A stretch of 55,111 nt of DNA from Oculatellaceae cyanobacterium bins.114. GTDB lineage: Bacteria; Cyanobacteriota; Cyanobacteriia; Elainellales; Elainellaceae. Positions 27,433 to 37,954 of the stretch are shown here, piece by piece (position 1 is the first letter of the stretch; each line of letters opens with the position of its first letter). The stretch covers positions 1 through 55,111 of the forward strand of contig JANRJA010000175.1 in assembly GCA_033764315.1 (NCBI GenBank). Direction: 5' to 3'. Under the pieces are notes generated by a model, which saw nothing but the letters and a program-made list of their open reading frames with translations, ran no database searches and was not told the origin of the DNA. Both the position numbers and the translations under genes were made by a program.

Positions 27433-29137
27433 GTCAGCACTTGCCATTGTTCACGGTCGAATGAAGAGTCAGGCGATCGCAGCCGTTGAACCCGTGATAA
27501 AGCCTAAGCCAAAGAAAAGGCTTATTGCACCCTTAAGTTTGGCTGAGTTCTTTAAGCAAAGCTGGCACGTTTTAGAGCCTTCCACTGAGCTGCTGTGGAA
27601 TTGGCACATGGAAGCGGTTTGCTTCCACATTGAAAGCTTGTTTTACGACTGGCTGAAGCATCGCAATGACCCAGACTATGTGCAGCGTGCTCAGAATTTA
27701 GTCGTGAATGTTCCACCAGGCAGCGCGAAAAGTCGGATTGTCTCTGTGAATGCTCCTGCCTGGATTTGGACAATTTTTCCAGGCTTTAAGATGATTTTCC
27801 TTAGTGCCAACCCTCGTGTGGCTCTGCGTGATAGTGTTTACTGCCGTGACCTGATTGAGAGTGAGTGGTATCAGAAGACATTTCAACCTGACTGGGAATT
27901 GAGAGCCGACCAGAACAGCAAAAGTGCTTACTGGAACACAGTCGGGGGTGTAAGAAGTGCAGCCGGATTTAATAGCCGCATCACGGGCGATCGCGCTGAC
28001 GGCTTGTTTTGGGATGACCCCCATGATGCAACTGAGGTCAGAAGTGATGCAATTAGAGAAGGGGTTTTAGAACGCTGGGATTCAGCCATCAGAAACCGGG
28101 TTAACGATCCAAAGTCATCCATTCGGGTTGGCATCATGCAGCGGCTGCATCAGAAGGATCTGGCAGGGCATGTGCTGACAACGGGTGAATGGGACCATCT
28201 GTGCATCCCACAGGAGTTTGAGCGCGAGCGATCGCCCACCGCATTTGGCTGGATTGACCCACGCACCAAACCAGGTGAGCTGATGTTTCCCGATCGCTTC
28301 CCTGAGAGCGTATTACAGGCTGAACGATTGGTGCTAGGAGATGGTTACTCAGGGCAGCATCAGCAGAACCCTACCGCGTCAGGTGGGGGCATCTTCAAGA
28401 TTGGCAATTGGATGATCTACACCAAAATGCCGCCTATCACGCGCTGGCTACTGTCGGTTGATGCCACCTTCAAAAAGTCCGTCAACAGCGACTTTGTGAG
28501 CATCAATGCCCTGGCACAGCAGGCAAACGTAATGGAGATAGAATTGCCAGTTAAAATCGATGCTCGCACGGGCAAAGAAGTGCGGGAAACGAAGTGGCTC
28601 CATAACTACTACATCCCAGGCATCTGGCACGCCAAAGCCGGGATTACCGACACTCAAAACGCGATCAAACTGATGCGATCGCAGTTTCCCCAGGCTGGCA
28701 CTATCTTGATTGAGGACAAAGCCAATGGTTCAGCCATCATTGAGCAGCTCAGCACAACAGTTCCAGGGATAACGGAATTCAACCCAGGTAACGATAGTAA
28801 GACTTCTAGAGCCTGGTCAATTCAGCCGATTCAAGAGCGCGGCGGCTTGTTTCTTCCTGCGGCTGACTGGGCGATCGCTCAGATTGAGGCACTGGGTAAA
28901 ACCGAGATTAGCCTCGCTGAGTGGTGGGAGTTGTACCCACCACCACACCAGGAGAATGCTGAACATGCTCCCCTGCCAGAGTGGGCAAAAGGGATTGTGG
29001 ATGAGTTCACCGTATTTCCAAACGGAGCAAACGATGACCAGGTGGATTCAATTGACCAGGGTGTGATTTGGTGCGAACTGAACCCACCGCCCAAACCAGT
29101 AAGACGACACACCCCGACTGCAATTAGACGCTGGTAG
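27422..29137 (+). CDS. terL: Terminase large subunit
   Basis: NVPPGSAKS, DDPH, IMQRLH, IEDKANG, FPNGANDDQVD. Confidence 0.95.
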   Translation: MPLKSALAIVHGRMKSQAIAAVEPVIKPKPKKRLIAPLSLAEFFKQSWHVLEPSTELLWNWHMEAVCFHIESLFYDWLKHRNDPDYVQRAQNLVVNVPPGSAKSRIVSVNAPAWIWTIFPGFKMIFLSANPRVALRDSVYCRDLIESEWYQKTFQPDWELRADQNSKSAYWNTVGGVRSAAGFNSRITGDRADGLFWDDPHDATEVRSDAIREGVLERWDSAIRNRVNDPKSSIRVGIMQRLHQKDLAGHVLTTGEWDHLCIPQEFERERSPTAFGWIDPRTKPGELMFPDRFPESVLQAERLVLGDGYSGQHQQNPTASGGGIFKIGNWMIYTKMPPITRWLLSVDATFKKSVNSDFVSINALAQQANVMEIELPVKIDARTGKEVRETKWLHNYYIPGIWHAKAGITDTQNAIKLMRSQFPQAGTILIEDKANGSAIIEQLSTTVPGITEFNPGNDSKTSRAWSIQPIQERGGLFLPAADWAIAQIEALGKTEISLAEWWELYPPPHQENAEHAPLPEWAKGIVDEFTVFPNGANDDQVDSIDQGVIWCELNPPPKPVRRHTPTAIRRW

Positions 29138-29195
29138 GAATCTTTACCCAAGAAGCGATTAGCTACGCAATAGCCAAAGGCACCGCCACTCCCAC

Positions 29196-30647
29196 ATGAT
29201 TTCCAAAGAGGCTCAGGAAAATTTAGACCTATACAGAGGTGAGCATTTCAAAAGCTGGGTGGGCCCCAAAATCCCCTCCAGTGTGCCGAAAGCCGCCGAG
29301 AAGATGAAAGAGATTGAGCGCGTGTTTCAGTCTGCCAACCTCATTGCTGAATGCGTTAGCAACTGGAAGGATGGGCTGATTTCACAAGATTTCGTGTGGT
29401 ATCTCAAGGGCACGGATGGACAGCGCATCGACACCAAAGCTGGGGGCAATGAAAGTGCTGCCCAGGCAGAGATCCAACTGCAACGGTGGCTTGATTGGGT
29501 AGAGCAGCAAGCGATCGCCGCTGACCCTGAAACAACCAATTTCAAGCAAGCTGACCCCTGGAGTGAGTTTGTTCTATCCCTGGGAGTTACAGGTGAGGGC
29601 AACTTGCGGCTCTGGCAACCCCGACGCTACGAAAACGACCCAGACCCCATTCACCGAATCCACTTGCACGCTCCTAAGACTGGCTCAGTAGCCACGGAGC
29701 GTGATGACGACGGCTTTGTAAAATCGATCGCCTACACCTATGGCGACAACAAAAAAGAGGTGCAAACCCTCAATGAGCAAGGAAACGTAGTTGTTCAGAC
29801 CTCTGGTAAGACCAGTGAGCCAGAAGGTGAGGCTCTAGAGCTTGATACCGCTGGCAGGTGGACGGTGCAACAAGTGCGATCGCCCTCACTGCTCACCAAG
29901 CCCATCAAGCAGAAGCAGAACGCAATCAATCACGCGCTCACGATGAAGCTACGCAACCAAGAGTTGAGCGGCTTTCGTGAACGCACATTTCTCAATGCCC
30001 AGTCCCCCGGCGAGTGGGTGGATGACCCAAAAGAACCCGGTGGACAGCGGTTTGAACCCAGCACCGAGCCGATGGAGCGAGGACCAGGCTATGACAACTA
30101 CGTGTATGGAGTTCCAACGGGCGATGCAGCCAACCCTGGCTACACCAATCCCCAGGTTCACGAGTCCCAACCCATCCCAGTGACCACTTTCAAGGAAGGG
30201 ATTGAAGTCGATCGGGTGCTGATGTACCTGGAATTCAAGCAAGGACACCTGCTTAGCCAGGGCGACGGAGGCTTAAGCGGTGAGAGCCGAATCCAAATGC
30301 GTCAAGGGTTTGAGTTGTACCTCAGAGGGTTCAAACGTCGCATTGAGAGTGCGATCGCCAACATCCTCAACATCGTCCTGAAAATTCTTGAATATGAAGG
30401 GTTTGAGGTGGTTGTAGAGCTGCAAATCACAACAGGCAAGCTTAGCAGTGAGGAGCGGCAAATCATTATCAGCGAACATCAAGCGGGATTACTCAGCACG
30501 CCAACTGCGATCGCTCGCCTGGGCACAGCCGACCCTGATGCTGAAATGGCTCTAATCGAGGAAGAACAGCAACGCCAAATGCAGCGGCGATCGCCCATCA
30601 CGGACCCGTTTGAAACCGATGAAGACGAGGATGAGGATGGAAATTAA
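29196..30647 (+). CDS. Portal protein
   Basis: Follows TerL; 483 aa; SGES motif; acidic tail. Confidence 0.8.
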   Translation: MISKEAQENLDLYRGEHFKSWVGPKIPSSVPKAAEKMKEIERVFQSANLIAECVSNWKDGLISQDFVWYLKGTDGQRIDTKAGGNESAAQAEIQLQRWLDWVEQQAIAADPETTNFKQADPWSEFVLSLGVTGEGNLRLWQPRRYENDPDPIHRIHLHAPKTGSVATERDDDGFVKSIAYTYGDNKKEVQTLNEQGNVVVQTSGKTSEPEGEALELDTAGRWTVQQVRSPSLLTKPIKQKQNAINHALTMKLRNQELSGFRERTFLNAQSPGEWVDDPKEPGGQRFEPSTEPMERGPGYDNYVYGVPTGDAANPGYTNPQVHESQPIPVTTFKEGIEVDRVLMYLEFKQGHLLSQGDGGLSGESRIQMRQGFELYLRGFKRRIESAIANILNIVLKILEYEGFEVVVELQITTGKLSSEERQIIISEHQAGLLSTPTAIARLGTADPDAEMALIEEEQQRQMQRRSPITDPFETDEDEDEDGN

Positions 30648-30837
30648 CTTCACCCCGCAAACCGAGGAGCAACCGCCTCAGCAGCGTAATTTCACCATTC
30701 CAGGATGTTGCGTAACCATCGTTTGCAACCAAGAAGAGGGCATCCCAGTGAGTGAGTTTCTGGCGATCGCATTCCAACTCGCCCATTCAAACCCAGATGC
30801 CAAGGTCGATTTTTGGATCAAGGTTGTGGGTGAGTGA
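30637..30837 (+). CDS. Hypothetical protein
   Basis: Coupled between portal and MuF genes. Confidence 0.5.
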   Translation: MEINFTPQTEEQPPQQRNFTIPGCCVTIVCNQEEGIPVSEFLAIAFQLAHSNPDAKVDFWIKVVGE

Positions 30838-31751
30838 ACGCAGAAGTTTTAAGGCTAATCAAGCGCTATGATCGCCTTTCTCGAAGTCTGGAGAGGCAAG
30901 CGATCGAGCGGCTTGATGGTGCCATTGATGCCAGCTACAAAAGCCTTGAGCAAGAGTTCTTGAGGCAATACCCCAACATCCAATCTCAAGGCAGTCTGCT
31001 GGCAGCTCAACGGCGAGCGGTGTTGCTCAACGACCTGGGCGGTTTGCTGCAAATCATTGAGCCAGAGCGGGAGGCTGAGTATGAGCAAATGTTCGATCGC
31101 CTGATTCGTGGCTCCTATACTCTGGGCGGTGACTTGGGAGGGGCACTGATTAGCGCGATCGCTCCTAACTCCTTTGTCAGGGCATTTGCAGGGGTCAACC
31201 TTGAAGCAGCGGCACTCCAGGCAAGAGACGGAGTTAGACGACTCTACCGGTACAACGATGAGTTTAGAAGCAAAGCATCAGCCATTGTTGAGCAGGGCAT
31301 CATCCAGGGCTGGGGTGCAAGGCGTGTTGCTGGGGTGCTTCGCAGCGAGATGGCGATCGCCAAGTACAACGCCGAGCGCATCGCACGAACAGAGGTGCTC
31401 TCAGCTCTCAATGATGGTGCTCAGCTCAGGTATCAGCAGAATGGAGTTGATGGTGTGCAGTTGGTGGTGAGCATCGGTGAAGTGTGCCCTTACTGCGTGG
31501 CTCGTAATGGCAACGTGTATGAGGTAGGGAAAATCAGGGTTCCGCTCCATCCTTTCTGTCGCTGTGTGCTGGTTTGTTGGAGGCGGGAATGGCAGGAGAT
31601 GGGACTAACCGATGACGACTTCACCCGACAATATCGAGATGCGCGGCTAGCAGACTTGAGAACAGAAGGTAAAGAGCCGAATTATGGGCTGTCACCGTTT
31701 GAAAGGATGGCAAAATTGGATAGACCACCAGAGCCGATTTGGACACCGTGA
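30834..31751 (+). CDS. Minor head / head morphogenesis protein (MuF, SPP1 gp7)
   Basis: AERIARTE...CPYC...PLHPFCRC. Confidence 0.9.
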   Translation: MNAEVLRLIKRYDRLSRSLERQAIERLDGAIDASYKSLEQEFLRQYPNIQSQGSLLAAQRRAVLLNDLGGLLQIIEPEREAEYEQMFDRLIRGSYTLGGDLGGALISAIAPNSFVRAFAGVNLEAAALQARDGVRRLYRYNDEFRSKASAIVEQGIIQGWGARRVAGVLRSEMAIAKYNAERIARTEVLSALNDGAQLRYQQNGVDGVQLVVSIGEVCPYCVARNGNVYEVGKIRVPLHPFCRCVLVCWRREWQEMGLTDDDFTRQYRDARLADLRTEGKEPNYGLSPFERMAKLDRPPEPIWTP

Positions 31752-32191
31752 ACAAGCGAGCTAAGCGACGACAGAGAGGGCGCGATCGCGCTAGGAAGCA
31801 GATTTCTCAAACCCTAAGAGGTTTTCAGAAAGGGCTGAATGGGCTTGTCATAAGTTTTGGAATTAATGTATCTCCATTTGTGGAGGCGATGAACAGAATG
31901 GCCGGGGTGTTCAACTCTGAAAGCTTTATGGAGCAAATCAGAGAAGTGTCAGCATTAATCAGCTATAACGTGACTCTGGCAATGAGTAGGCAAGCTCATA
32001 GTCGCAGGGATTTTGATGTCGTTTTTGTTGACGACTTGCGATCGCCGTCAGGCTTCCTAAAAGATTGGTGCAGTGAGCATGGCTACACAGACCTTTTCTA
32101 CCAGGAGGGCGAGTGGTGGGCGTTCCCACCCAAAGGGGTCATGCCCGTGCAATTGTCGGCTGTGATGGGTAAAGAGCGATCGACACCATGA
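31748..32191 (+). CDS. Hypothetical protein
   Basis: GTGA coupling. Confidence 0.55.
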   Translation: MNKRAKRRQRGRDRARKQISQTLRGFQKGLNGLVISFGINVSPFVEAMNRMAGVFNSESFMEQIREVSALISYNVTLAMSRQAHSRRDFDVVFVDDLRSPSGFLKDWCSEHGYTDLFYQEGEWWAFPPKGVMPVQLSAVMGKERSTP

Positions 32192-32490
32192 AGACGCCAG
32201 AAGAGCGCAAACAATACTTTGAAGACAAGTTCCGAGAGATCCCGCCCCAAGTTTTAGAGCAGGCGATCGCTGTTTTTGAGTCGCTACCTGCCGAATTCAA
32301 GACTGAATGCAGAGTGAGGCACGCGATCGAACCTGACAATTGGATCTCTTGCTGGCATTTAAGTGTGGGGATGCAGCTCAGAAATCTTCTGCGCCAAAAA
32401 GGACTGACAGATGATTTGCTGCCTGACAAAAACTGGGATGACTACTATGTGCAGGTGCTAGAGGTCAGCCTGGGGTTGCGATCGCTCTAG
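32188..32490 (+). CDS. Hypothetical protein
   Basis: ATGA coupling. Confidence 0.6.
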   Translation: MKTPEERKQYFEDKFREIPPQVLEQAIAVFESLPAEFKTECRVRHAIEPDNWISCWHLSVGMQLRNLLRQKGLTDDLLPDKNWDDYYVQVLEVSLGLRSL

Positions 32491-32536
32491 CCATTAGTGG
32501 GAACTCTGCCACCGAACACCACACGGCACTTCCCAC

Positions 32537-33238
32537 ATGAAATTCAGCGAAGCTCTGGCAGCTATCAAAGCTCTTGAAAATGGCACTGAACTGGCTTCAG
32601 CCATTGAGGGAGAGGTTGAGGGACTGAAGACAAAGAACTACGAAATTATTGGCGAAAAGCGTAACGCCACGGGCAAAGTTACCGCCTACGAAGCCGCGCT
32701 AACCGCGATCGCCAAAGCACTCGGTATTGAGGGAGATCTGGAATCTATCCTCTCGGATACCGAAGGCAAGGTGAAAGCGATCGCCACCGAAGTTGCCACA
32801 CTCAAGACTGATAAAACTGCACTTGAAACCCGTACAACTGAAGCTGAGGGCAAGGTCAAGACGTTTGAGCGCAAAGCCAAGTTTAGCGACATTGCTACAG
32901 CAGCCGGGGCAAATGCAGCGGTATTGGAACGATTATTGGGTGATAAGTTCGACCAACTCAAGGTTGAGGGTGAAGGCGAGCAACGAGTCGTCAAATTTGG
33001 GGACAAACCCTTGAAGGAGGCGATCGCCTCTGATGAAAGTTTGAAGCCGTTTGAGGCTGCATTGTTTCCCGCCACCTCAGCCAGTCCATCACCTAGCCCA
33101 TCCCCTGCACCAAAGACCTCTCAAAAGTTGCCTAGTGGTTCACCCAATGGCACCACGCCAGCTACCAAAAACCCGGTGGCTGCCACCGTTACAAAAATGA
33201 AATTTGCCGTTCCCGGTGCCTCTAATACGGGCAAGTAG
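32537..33238 (+). CDS. Capsid scaffolding protein
   Basis: Coiled coil, P/S/T-rich tail; upstream of capsid genes. Confidence 0.7.
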   Translation: MKFSEALAAIKALENGTELASAIEGEVEGLKTKNYEIIGEKRNATGKVTAYEAALTAIAKALGIEGDLESILSDTEGKVKAIATEVATLKTDKTALETRTTEAEGKVKTFERKAKFSDIATAAGANAAVLERLLGDKFDQLKVEGEGEQRVVKFGDKPLKEAIASDESLKPFEAALFPATSASPSPSPSPAPKTSQKLPSGSPNGTTPATKNPVAATVTKMKFAVPGASNTGK

Positions 33239-33282
33239 GAACGCTCAAGCGATTGAAACGCATTAGCAATTGGAGTCAATGA

Positions 33283-33918
33283 ATGTCGCCCAAAGTTACC
33301 TTTAAGCCCTACAAGCGAGTTACACCAAACTGGCTAGGCACAAAGATCACAGATCCTAAAGTTGTCATTCCGGGCGGCATTCTTCTCAATGCTGCTGCTT
33401 TCCCTCGTGAAGATCAGGTGGTTGTCACCTTGGCGGCTGGAGCCGTCACTGCTGGCTCAAACAAAACCCTGACGGCTGCTACTGCATTAACTGGCAATAT
33501 TCCTGCTGGAACCATTCTGGACTTTGGGGCGGGTGAGTTTGCCACGCTGACCACAGGAGCAACCAAAGGAGCAACCTCAATTACTGGGGTAACGCTTGCG
33601 GCTGACCTGGAAGGCAGCGAATCTGCGACCTACTTGGGAGTGGGCGATCGCAAGATCGAAGGCGGAGCTTTCTTGGGACGGACACTGACCGAGCGCGATG
33701 CTGGCACGGGCTATGGCATTGCAGATCCCGCCAACGACGAACAGTTTGCATTGTTGCTCCATGACGTGGACTTGAGCGAGGAAGACGTTGCGGCAGGCAT
33801 CCAGCCTAATGCAGGCAATGTGATTTACGAAAACTTATTGCCTGGATGGAGCGCATTGTCGAGCCAAGCCAAAACCAAGGTGCGATCGCTCTATCACTGC
33901 GTCACTGCCACGGCTTAA
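33283..33918 (+). CDS. Head decoration protein
   Basis: Between scaffold and major capsid; beta-rich. Confidence 0.6.
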   Translation: MSPKVTFKPYKRVTPNWLGTKITDPKVVIPGGILLNAAAFPREDQVVVTLAAGAVTAGSNKTLTAATALTGNIPAGTILDFGAGEFATLTTGATKGATSITGVTLAADLEGSESATYLGVGDRKIEGGAFLGRTLTERDAGTGYGIADPANDEQFALLLHDVDLSEEDVAAGIQPNAGNVIYENLLPGWSALSSQAKTKVRSLYHCVTATA

Positions 33919-33976
33919 ATCCTTCCTGACTGCGATCGCACCCGCCCACCCTCCTACCAAGACTTGAGACAAGAGA

Positions 33977-35107
33977 ATGGCTGACCTACTAAGCTTCATT
34001 AATGAATTCACAAAGTACGGCTACCCACGGCAGGTAGCCAATGACCCACGCATCCAGTTTGGCACTCAAGATCGTGCCTATTTGGGTGCTCAAATCATGC
34101 CCATGCAAACCTCTGATACCAACATGATCATTGAGGATCTGGGACGCTTTGAGGTGGTAGTCGCTGGCGACGGCGACTCCCTCAGCCCTCCCCAGATCAA
34201 GCAATCGGCGGGTGGGGCAGAGCTTATGGTGCGACTGGGGCATATCGACATCGCTTCCCAGATGACCGCTCGTGACATGAAGCGACTTGGGAATTTGCTA
34301 GACCAGGGCGATCGCGCGGCGGCTGAAGAATTTTTAACCCGGTGGCTTACCCGCGCAATTCGTCTCGGTATTGAGGAGAAAGCTGAAGTCCAACGCTGGC
34401 AGATGCTGTGCAACGCACAAGTGACGGTGCAATATCTCGATCAGCCTTCTCGAACGCTCAACTTCCCCGACCTGCAACCATCCGGGCATCGGGTGACGGT
34501 TCCCAGTGGCACTACAGGCTCTCCCACAGGCTGGTACTCTGACACCTTCGACCCCATGAAGGAAACCATCATTCCTCTCAAGATCATGCTTGAGGAGAAG
34601 GGATACATGGTTTCTCGCATCGTCACTAGCACCACTATTCGTGATGGTGTTCTGGCTTCCAACGCCAAAATGATGCAGCGATCGGGCGGCACGATGGTCA
34701 TCAACACGGGCGGGCAACTGGAGACGATCGATCGCAACCTCAGCGATGTGAATTCTCGCTTTATTGCCAACGAACTGCCACGCCCTGAAGTCTACAACCT
34801 TCGCTACAAAACCCAATCCAATACCGCTCGATTCTTGGGCGAAGACAAGTTTGTGATGCTCTGCACCACCGGGCGATCGCTTGAAATCGACTTGGGCGAC
34901 GAAGGTATCCAGGTCATTGAGGATGTATTCGGCTATTACGGCGTGGGTGTCTCGGACGGTCAAACTGAACCCGGTGCGGTCATCACCACTCGCTACAGCG
35001 ACCTCAAGCCCGTTGGTATCTATGCAGAGGGCTACGAAGAGGGCTTCCCTGTCCTGCTTGAGCCTGAAGCTTTGGTGGTTATCACGATTCCCAAGCCTAC
35101 TGCCTAA
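33977..35107 (+). CDS. Major capsid protein
   Basis: 376 aa, lambda gpE-like features, position. Confidence 0.8.
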   Translation: MADLLSFINEFTKYGYPRQVANDPRIQFGTQDRAYLGAQIMPMQTSDTNMIIEDLGRFEVVVAGDGDSLSPPQIKQSAGGAELMVRLGHIDIASQMTARDMKRLGNLLDQGDRAAAEEFLTRWLTRAIRLGIEEKAEVQRWQMLCNAQVTVQYLDQPSRTLNFPDLQPSGHRVTVPSGTTGSPTGWYSDTFDPMKETIIPLKIMLEEKGYMVSRIVTSTTIRDGVLASNAKMMQRSGGTMVINTGGQLETIDRNLSDVNSRFIANELPRPEVYNLRYKTQSNTARFLGEDKFVMLCTTGRSLEIDLGDEGIQVIEDVFGYYGVGVSDGQTEPGAVITTRYSDLKPVGIYAEGYEEGFPVLLEPEALVVITIPKPTA

Positions 35108-35349
35108 TGAAAGTTAACCTCCAACAATCCTATTTTTGGAATCGTCGCACTTACGGACCGGGCGAGGTTGAGATCCCTGACGATCTGGCGATCGCCTTGG
35201 GGATTGCCGAAGGCACCGCCTTGGGGATTGCCCTTGAACCGGACGAACCAACTCTCATTGAGCCGCCTGACAAATCCGCAACGGCTGCGGATTTTAAAGG
35301 TGACGACGAACCAACCCAACCGCTTGACACACCCCCCACCACCGCCTAA
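35107..35349 (+). CDS. Small head-associated protein
   Basis: YGPGEVEIPDDLA; coupled to the capsid gene. Confidence 0.6.
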   Translation: MKVNLQQSYFWNRRTYGPGEVEIPDDLAIALGIAEGTALGIALEPDEPTLIEPPDKSATAADFKGDDEPTQPLDTPPTTA

Positions 35350-35373
35350 GCCCACCAGTAAGCGGAAACGCTA

Positions 35374-35784
35374 ATGTACACCACCATCCCGGCTGCACTG
35401 ACAGAGGTGAAAACCAACCCTGCTACACGGGGGCTAATCGGGGCTGAGTACGACTCCTATCTCACCAACCTGCTTACCCTCTCGGCAGGCAAAGACGCGG
35501 CTGATGTTACTCAATATCGCCCCTTCTATGTGGCTGCAAAGCTCCTAGAACAGTTGCGATCGCAGCAACAGATCTCAAAGGCAGACGGGGCTGAATTTAC
35601 TGGCTTGGCTAAACCAATTGAGTCGCTACTAGGGACACAAATTGCCTTTGATAAAGCCCTGGGATTAACCATTCCTGAAGGCTTTGAAGCAGTTTTACCC
35701 AAGTGCGTAACGTGTGAGGGGCAATCATCAGGGGCAATTCGCCGATTTGGAACGCGATCGCAAACCACACAAATCCGACCCTAA
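35374..35784 (+). CDS. Head-tail adaptor (putative)
   Basis: Position and size. Confidence 0.55.
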   Translation: MYTTIPAALTEVKTNPATRGLIGAEYDSYLTNLLTLSAGKDAADVTQYRPFYVAAKLLEQLRSQQQISKADGAEFTGLAKPIESLLGTQIAFDKALGLTIPEGFEAVLPKCVTCEGQSSGAIRRFGTRSQTTQIRP

Positions 35785-35787
35785 ACC

Positions 35788-36474
35788 ATGAACCTCAAGC
35801 AACTGATCGAGAAAGGCATTAGCTACGAATTACAGAGCATTAAGGCTGACAGGGAACTGGTAAAAGACATCCAGCTCAATCTCAACCGCACTGGCTTTGA
35901 ATGCGGCTCTGCTGATGGCATTTGGGGAGCGAAGACCCAACTTGCTCTTAACCGCTTTGTTGACTCAAAACAATTAGTCTCCCCTCGCTTTACACCGGCG
36001 ATCGCCCAAGCCTTGCTCACAAGCGAAACCGTGGTGAAGACCAGGCGGCAAATCAACACCGCTGGATTGGAGCTGATCAAGAGCTTTGAAGGACTGCGGC
36101 TCACAGCCTACAAATGCCCTGCTGGAGTGCCCACCATCGGCTATGGCACAACTGAGGGCGTGAAAATGGGCACAAGCATAACCAGAGAGAAGGCTGAAGA
36201 GCTACTGAAGCGGGACTTGGAGAAGTTTGAGCGAACCGTTGAGCGATTGGTTGAGGCACCGCTCACCGACAACCAATTCAGCGCACTGGTATCGCTGACC
36301 TACAACATTGGCGTGGCGGCATTGCAGCGATCCACGCTCCTGAGCGTACTTAATCAAAAAAGTTACCGCGTTGCCGCTGATCAGTTTTTGGTTTGGAACA
36401 AGGTAGACGGCAAAGTGCTTGCGGGGTTGCAACGTCGCCGCGCTGCCGAGCGTGATTTGTTCTTGAAGTCATGA
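35788..36474 (+). CDS. Endolysin: peptidoglycan-binding domain plus GH24 lysozyme
   Basis: ADGIWGAKT; FEGLRLTAY..PAGVPTIGYG; GLQRRRAAE. Confidence 0.93.
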   Translation: MNLKQLIEKGISYELQSIKADRELVKDIQLNLNRTGFECGSADGIWGAKTQLALNRFVDSKQLVSPRFTPAIAQALLTSETVVKTRRQINTAGLELIKSFEGLRLTAYKCPAGVPTIGYGTTEGVKMGTSITREKAEELLKRDLEKFERTVERLVEAPLTDNQFSALVSLTYNIGVAALQRSTLLSVLNQKSYRVAADQFLVWNKVDGKVLAGLQRRRAAERDLFLKS

Positions 36475-36899
36475 GTAGCCCGTTTCCGCCCAATGCCACG
36501 CTCACGTTTCAGTTGCCAGTAAGCGGCGAAACGATTGACGAGCTGGGTAATGCCGCTTCAACCACTGAAGATCTGGTGTTGCTCTGCTACCTCAAAGAGG
36601 GCAAAAACCGTACCCGAACGGGTGACGCTCTAGATGCAGGCGAAATTTCGCGCACACCTGTAGATGGGCGAATTGTGGGGAGATTGGTCAGTGGTGAGCT
36701 GCAAGATTTGGCAGAGCTGCCACCATCGCTTTTGCCAGGAGCCAAAGCAACAGCCACTATCGATCGCACCGGTGGAAACATCACGGGCGATTTTTTCTTA
36801 GAAGCTTCAATCCCTTCGGCATTCGGGGTCGATGCAGTACTAGGGGGAAAGATTCGAGGCTACTTGGTGATGGCGATCGCATGGGGTGAAGCGTTGTGA
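36471..36899 (+). CDS. Head closure / connector protein (putative)
   Basis: IDELGN motif; position. Confidence 0.55.
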   Translation: MSSPFPPNATLTFQLPVSGETIDELGNAASTTEDLVLLCYLKEGKNRTRTGDALDAGEISRTPVDGRIVGRLVSGELQDLAELPPSLLPGAKATATIDRTGGNITGDFFLEASIPSAFGVDAVLGGKIRGYLVMAIAWGEAL

Positions 36900-36982
36900 T
36901 TGAGATCTTTTGCCTATTGCTGCTGATAGTGGTTGCGATCGCTGTAATCCTCTTCATGCAAGGGGCTGACGGCGATGATTAG
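36896..36982 (+). CDS. 28-aa single-TM micro-protein, not in the ORF track
   Basis: GTGA coupling; MIEIFCLLLLIVVAIAVILFMQGADGDD. Confidence 0.5.
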   Translation: MIEIFCLLLLIVVAIAVILFMQGADGDD

Positions 36983-37397
36983 CCTACGGCTCAGTGTCAA
37001 GAAGATGGGCAATGATGAGCTTGCCAAGTTGCTCAAGAAAATCGATCGCCTCCAAGTGCCCATGAGACAAGCCGGGGAATACATGGAGCGCGAAACCAAG
37101 CTTAACTTTGCAAGGCAGAGCGACCCTGATGGCAAACCGTGGGCACCGCTCAAGCCTTCGACTCGAAAGCGTAAGAGAGGCAGAGCAATTCTGCGTGAGA
37201 GTAGCACCCTAGTTGGTGGTATCTCGCTAACGAGTGTGAGCAATAGCTCAGCGACGATCGCAGCCACAGCCGGATCAGAATATGGGATCTATCACTCCAC
37301 GGGCACGAGCAAGATGGCACGGCGGCAATTCATTGGCATTGGCGATCGCCACATTCCCAAAATCACCCAAATCTTTGAAAAGTATTTAGAGGGCTAA
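36975..37397 (+). CDS. Virion morphogenesis / tail completion protein (Mu gpG, P2 gpS-like)
   Basis: PDGKPWAPLKPST...YGIYH..GT.KMARRQFIGI. Confidence 0.88.
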   Translation: MISLRLSVKKMGNDELAKLLKKIDRLQVPMRQAGEYMERETKLNFARQSDPDGKPWAPLKPSTRKRKRGRAILRESSTLVGGISLTSVSNSSATIAATAGSEYGIYHSTGTSKMARRQFIGIGDRHIPKITQIFEKYLEG

Positions 37398-37400
37398 GCA

Positions 37401-37910
37401 ATGGGCATTGCAGCGATTGAGCAGAGCATCATTGAGCGTTTAGCACCACTGCGAAATGCTGGGCTATTGGTTCGAGCATTGCCCAACAAATCGGGTGAGG
37501 TTGGCAAAATCGAGGGCAATGGAGCCATCACCCTGAGCTGGTCGGTGGATGAATCTCAGCCACCAGGCTCAATGGGCTTCTTCACTCAAGATTGTCTAAT
37601 GCAGTGGGTGCTGGATATTCGTATCCGCAACTTGCGTGATGCCAGTGGAGCCTGGGCAATCCACGATGCAATCTATGGGCTTTTGATTGGCTTTCAGCCA
37701 GCGGGTTGCAGGAAGATGTATGCCCAAAAGTTTGAATTTGTTGATCGCACCGATGCGGTGTGGGTATTTGAAGCAACGTTTATCGCTCCCACAACGCTGA
37801 TGGAACAACCGACCCCAGATACCGGGGCGTTGCTTAAGGATGTTTTCTTGAGTGAGGAGTTGAACGGTGTGGCGATCGCCTCTGAATACCCCTTAATCGA
37901 CACTCCCTAG
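37401..37910 (+). CDS. Tail terminator (Gp37-like)
   Basis: IEQSIIERL...LIGFQP; precedes the sheath gene. Confidence 0.7.
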   Translation: MGIAAIEQSIIERLAPLRNAGLLVRALPNKSGEVGKIEGNGAITLSWSVDESQPPGSMGFFTQDCLMQWVLDIRIRNLRDASGAWAIHDAIYGLLIGFQPAGCRKMYAQKFEFVDRTDAVWVFEATFIAPTTLMEQPTPDTGALLKDVFLSEELNGVAIASEYPLIDTP

Positions 37911-37954
37911 AGAGTGGGAACTCTGCCCCAGAACTCAAGCTCTGAGGCAACGGA

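Noticed and set aside
34334..34963. Long minus-strand ORFs across the structural genes (also 42702-43220, 24969-25388 and others)
   Set aside because: Shadows of well-supported plus-strand genes, with no motifs
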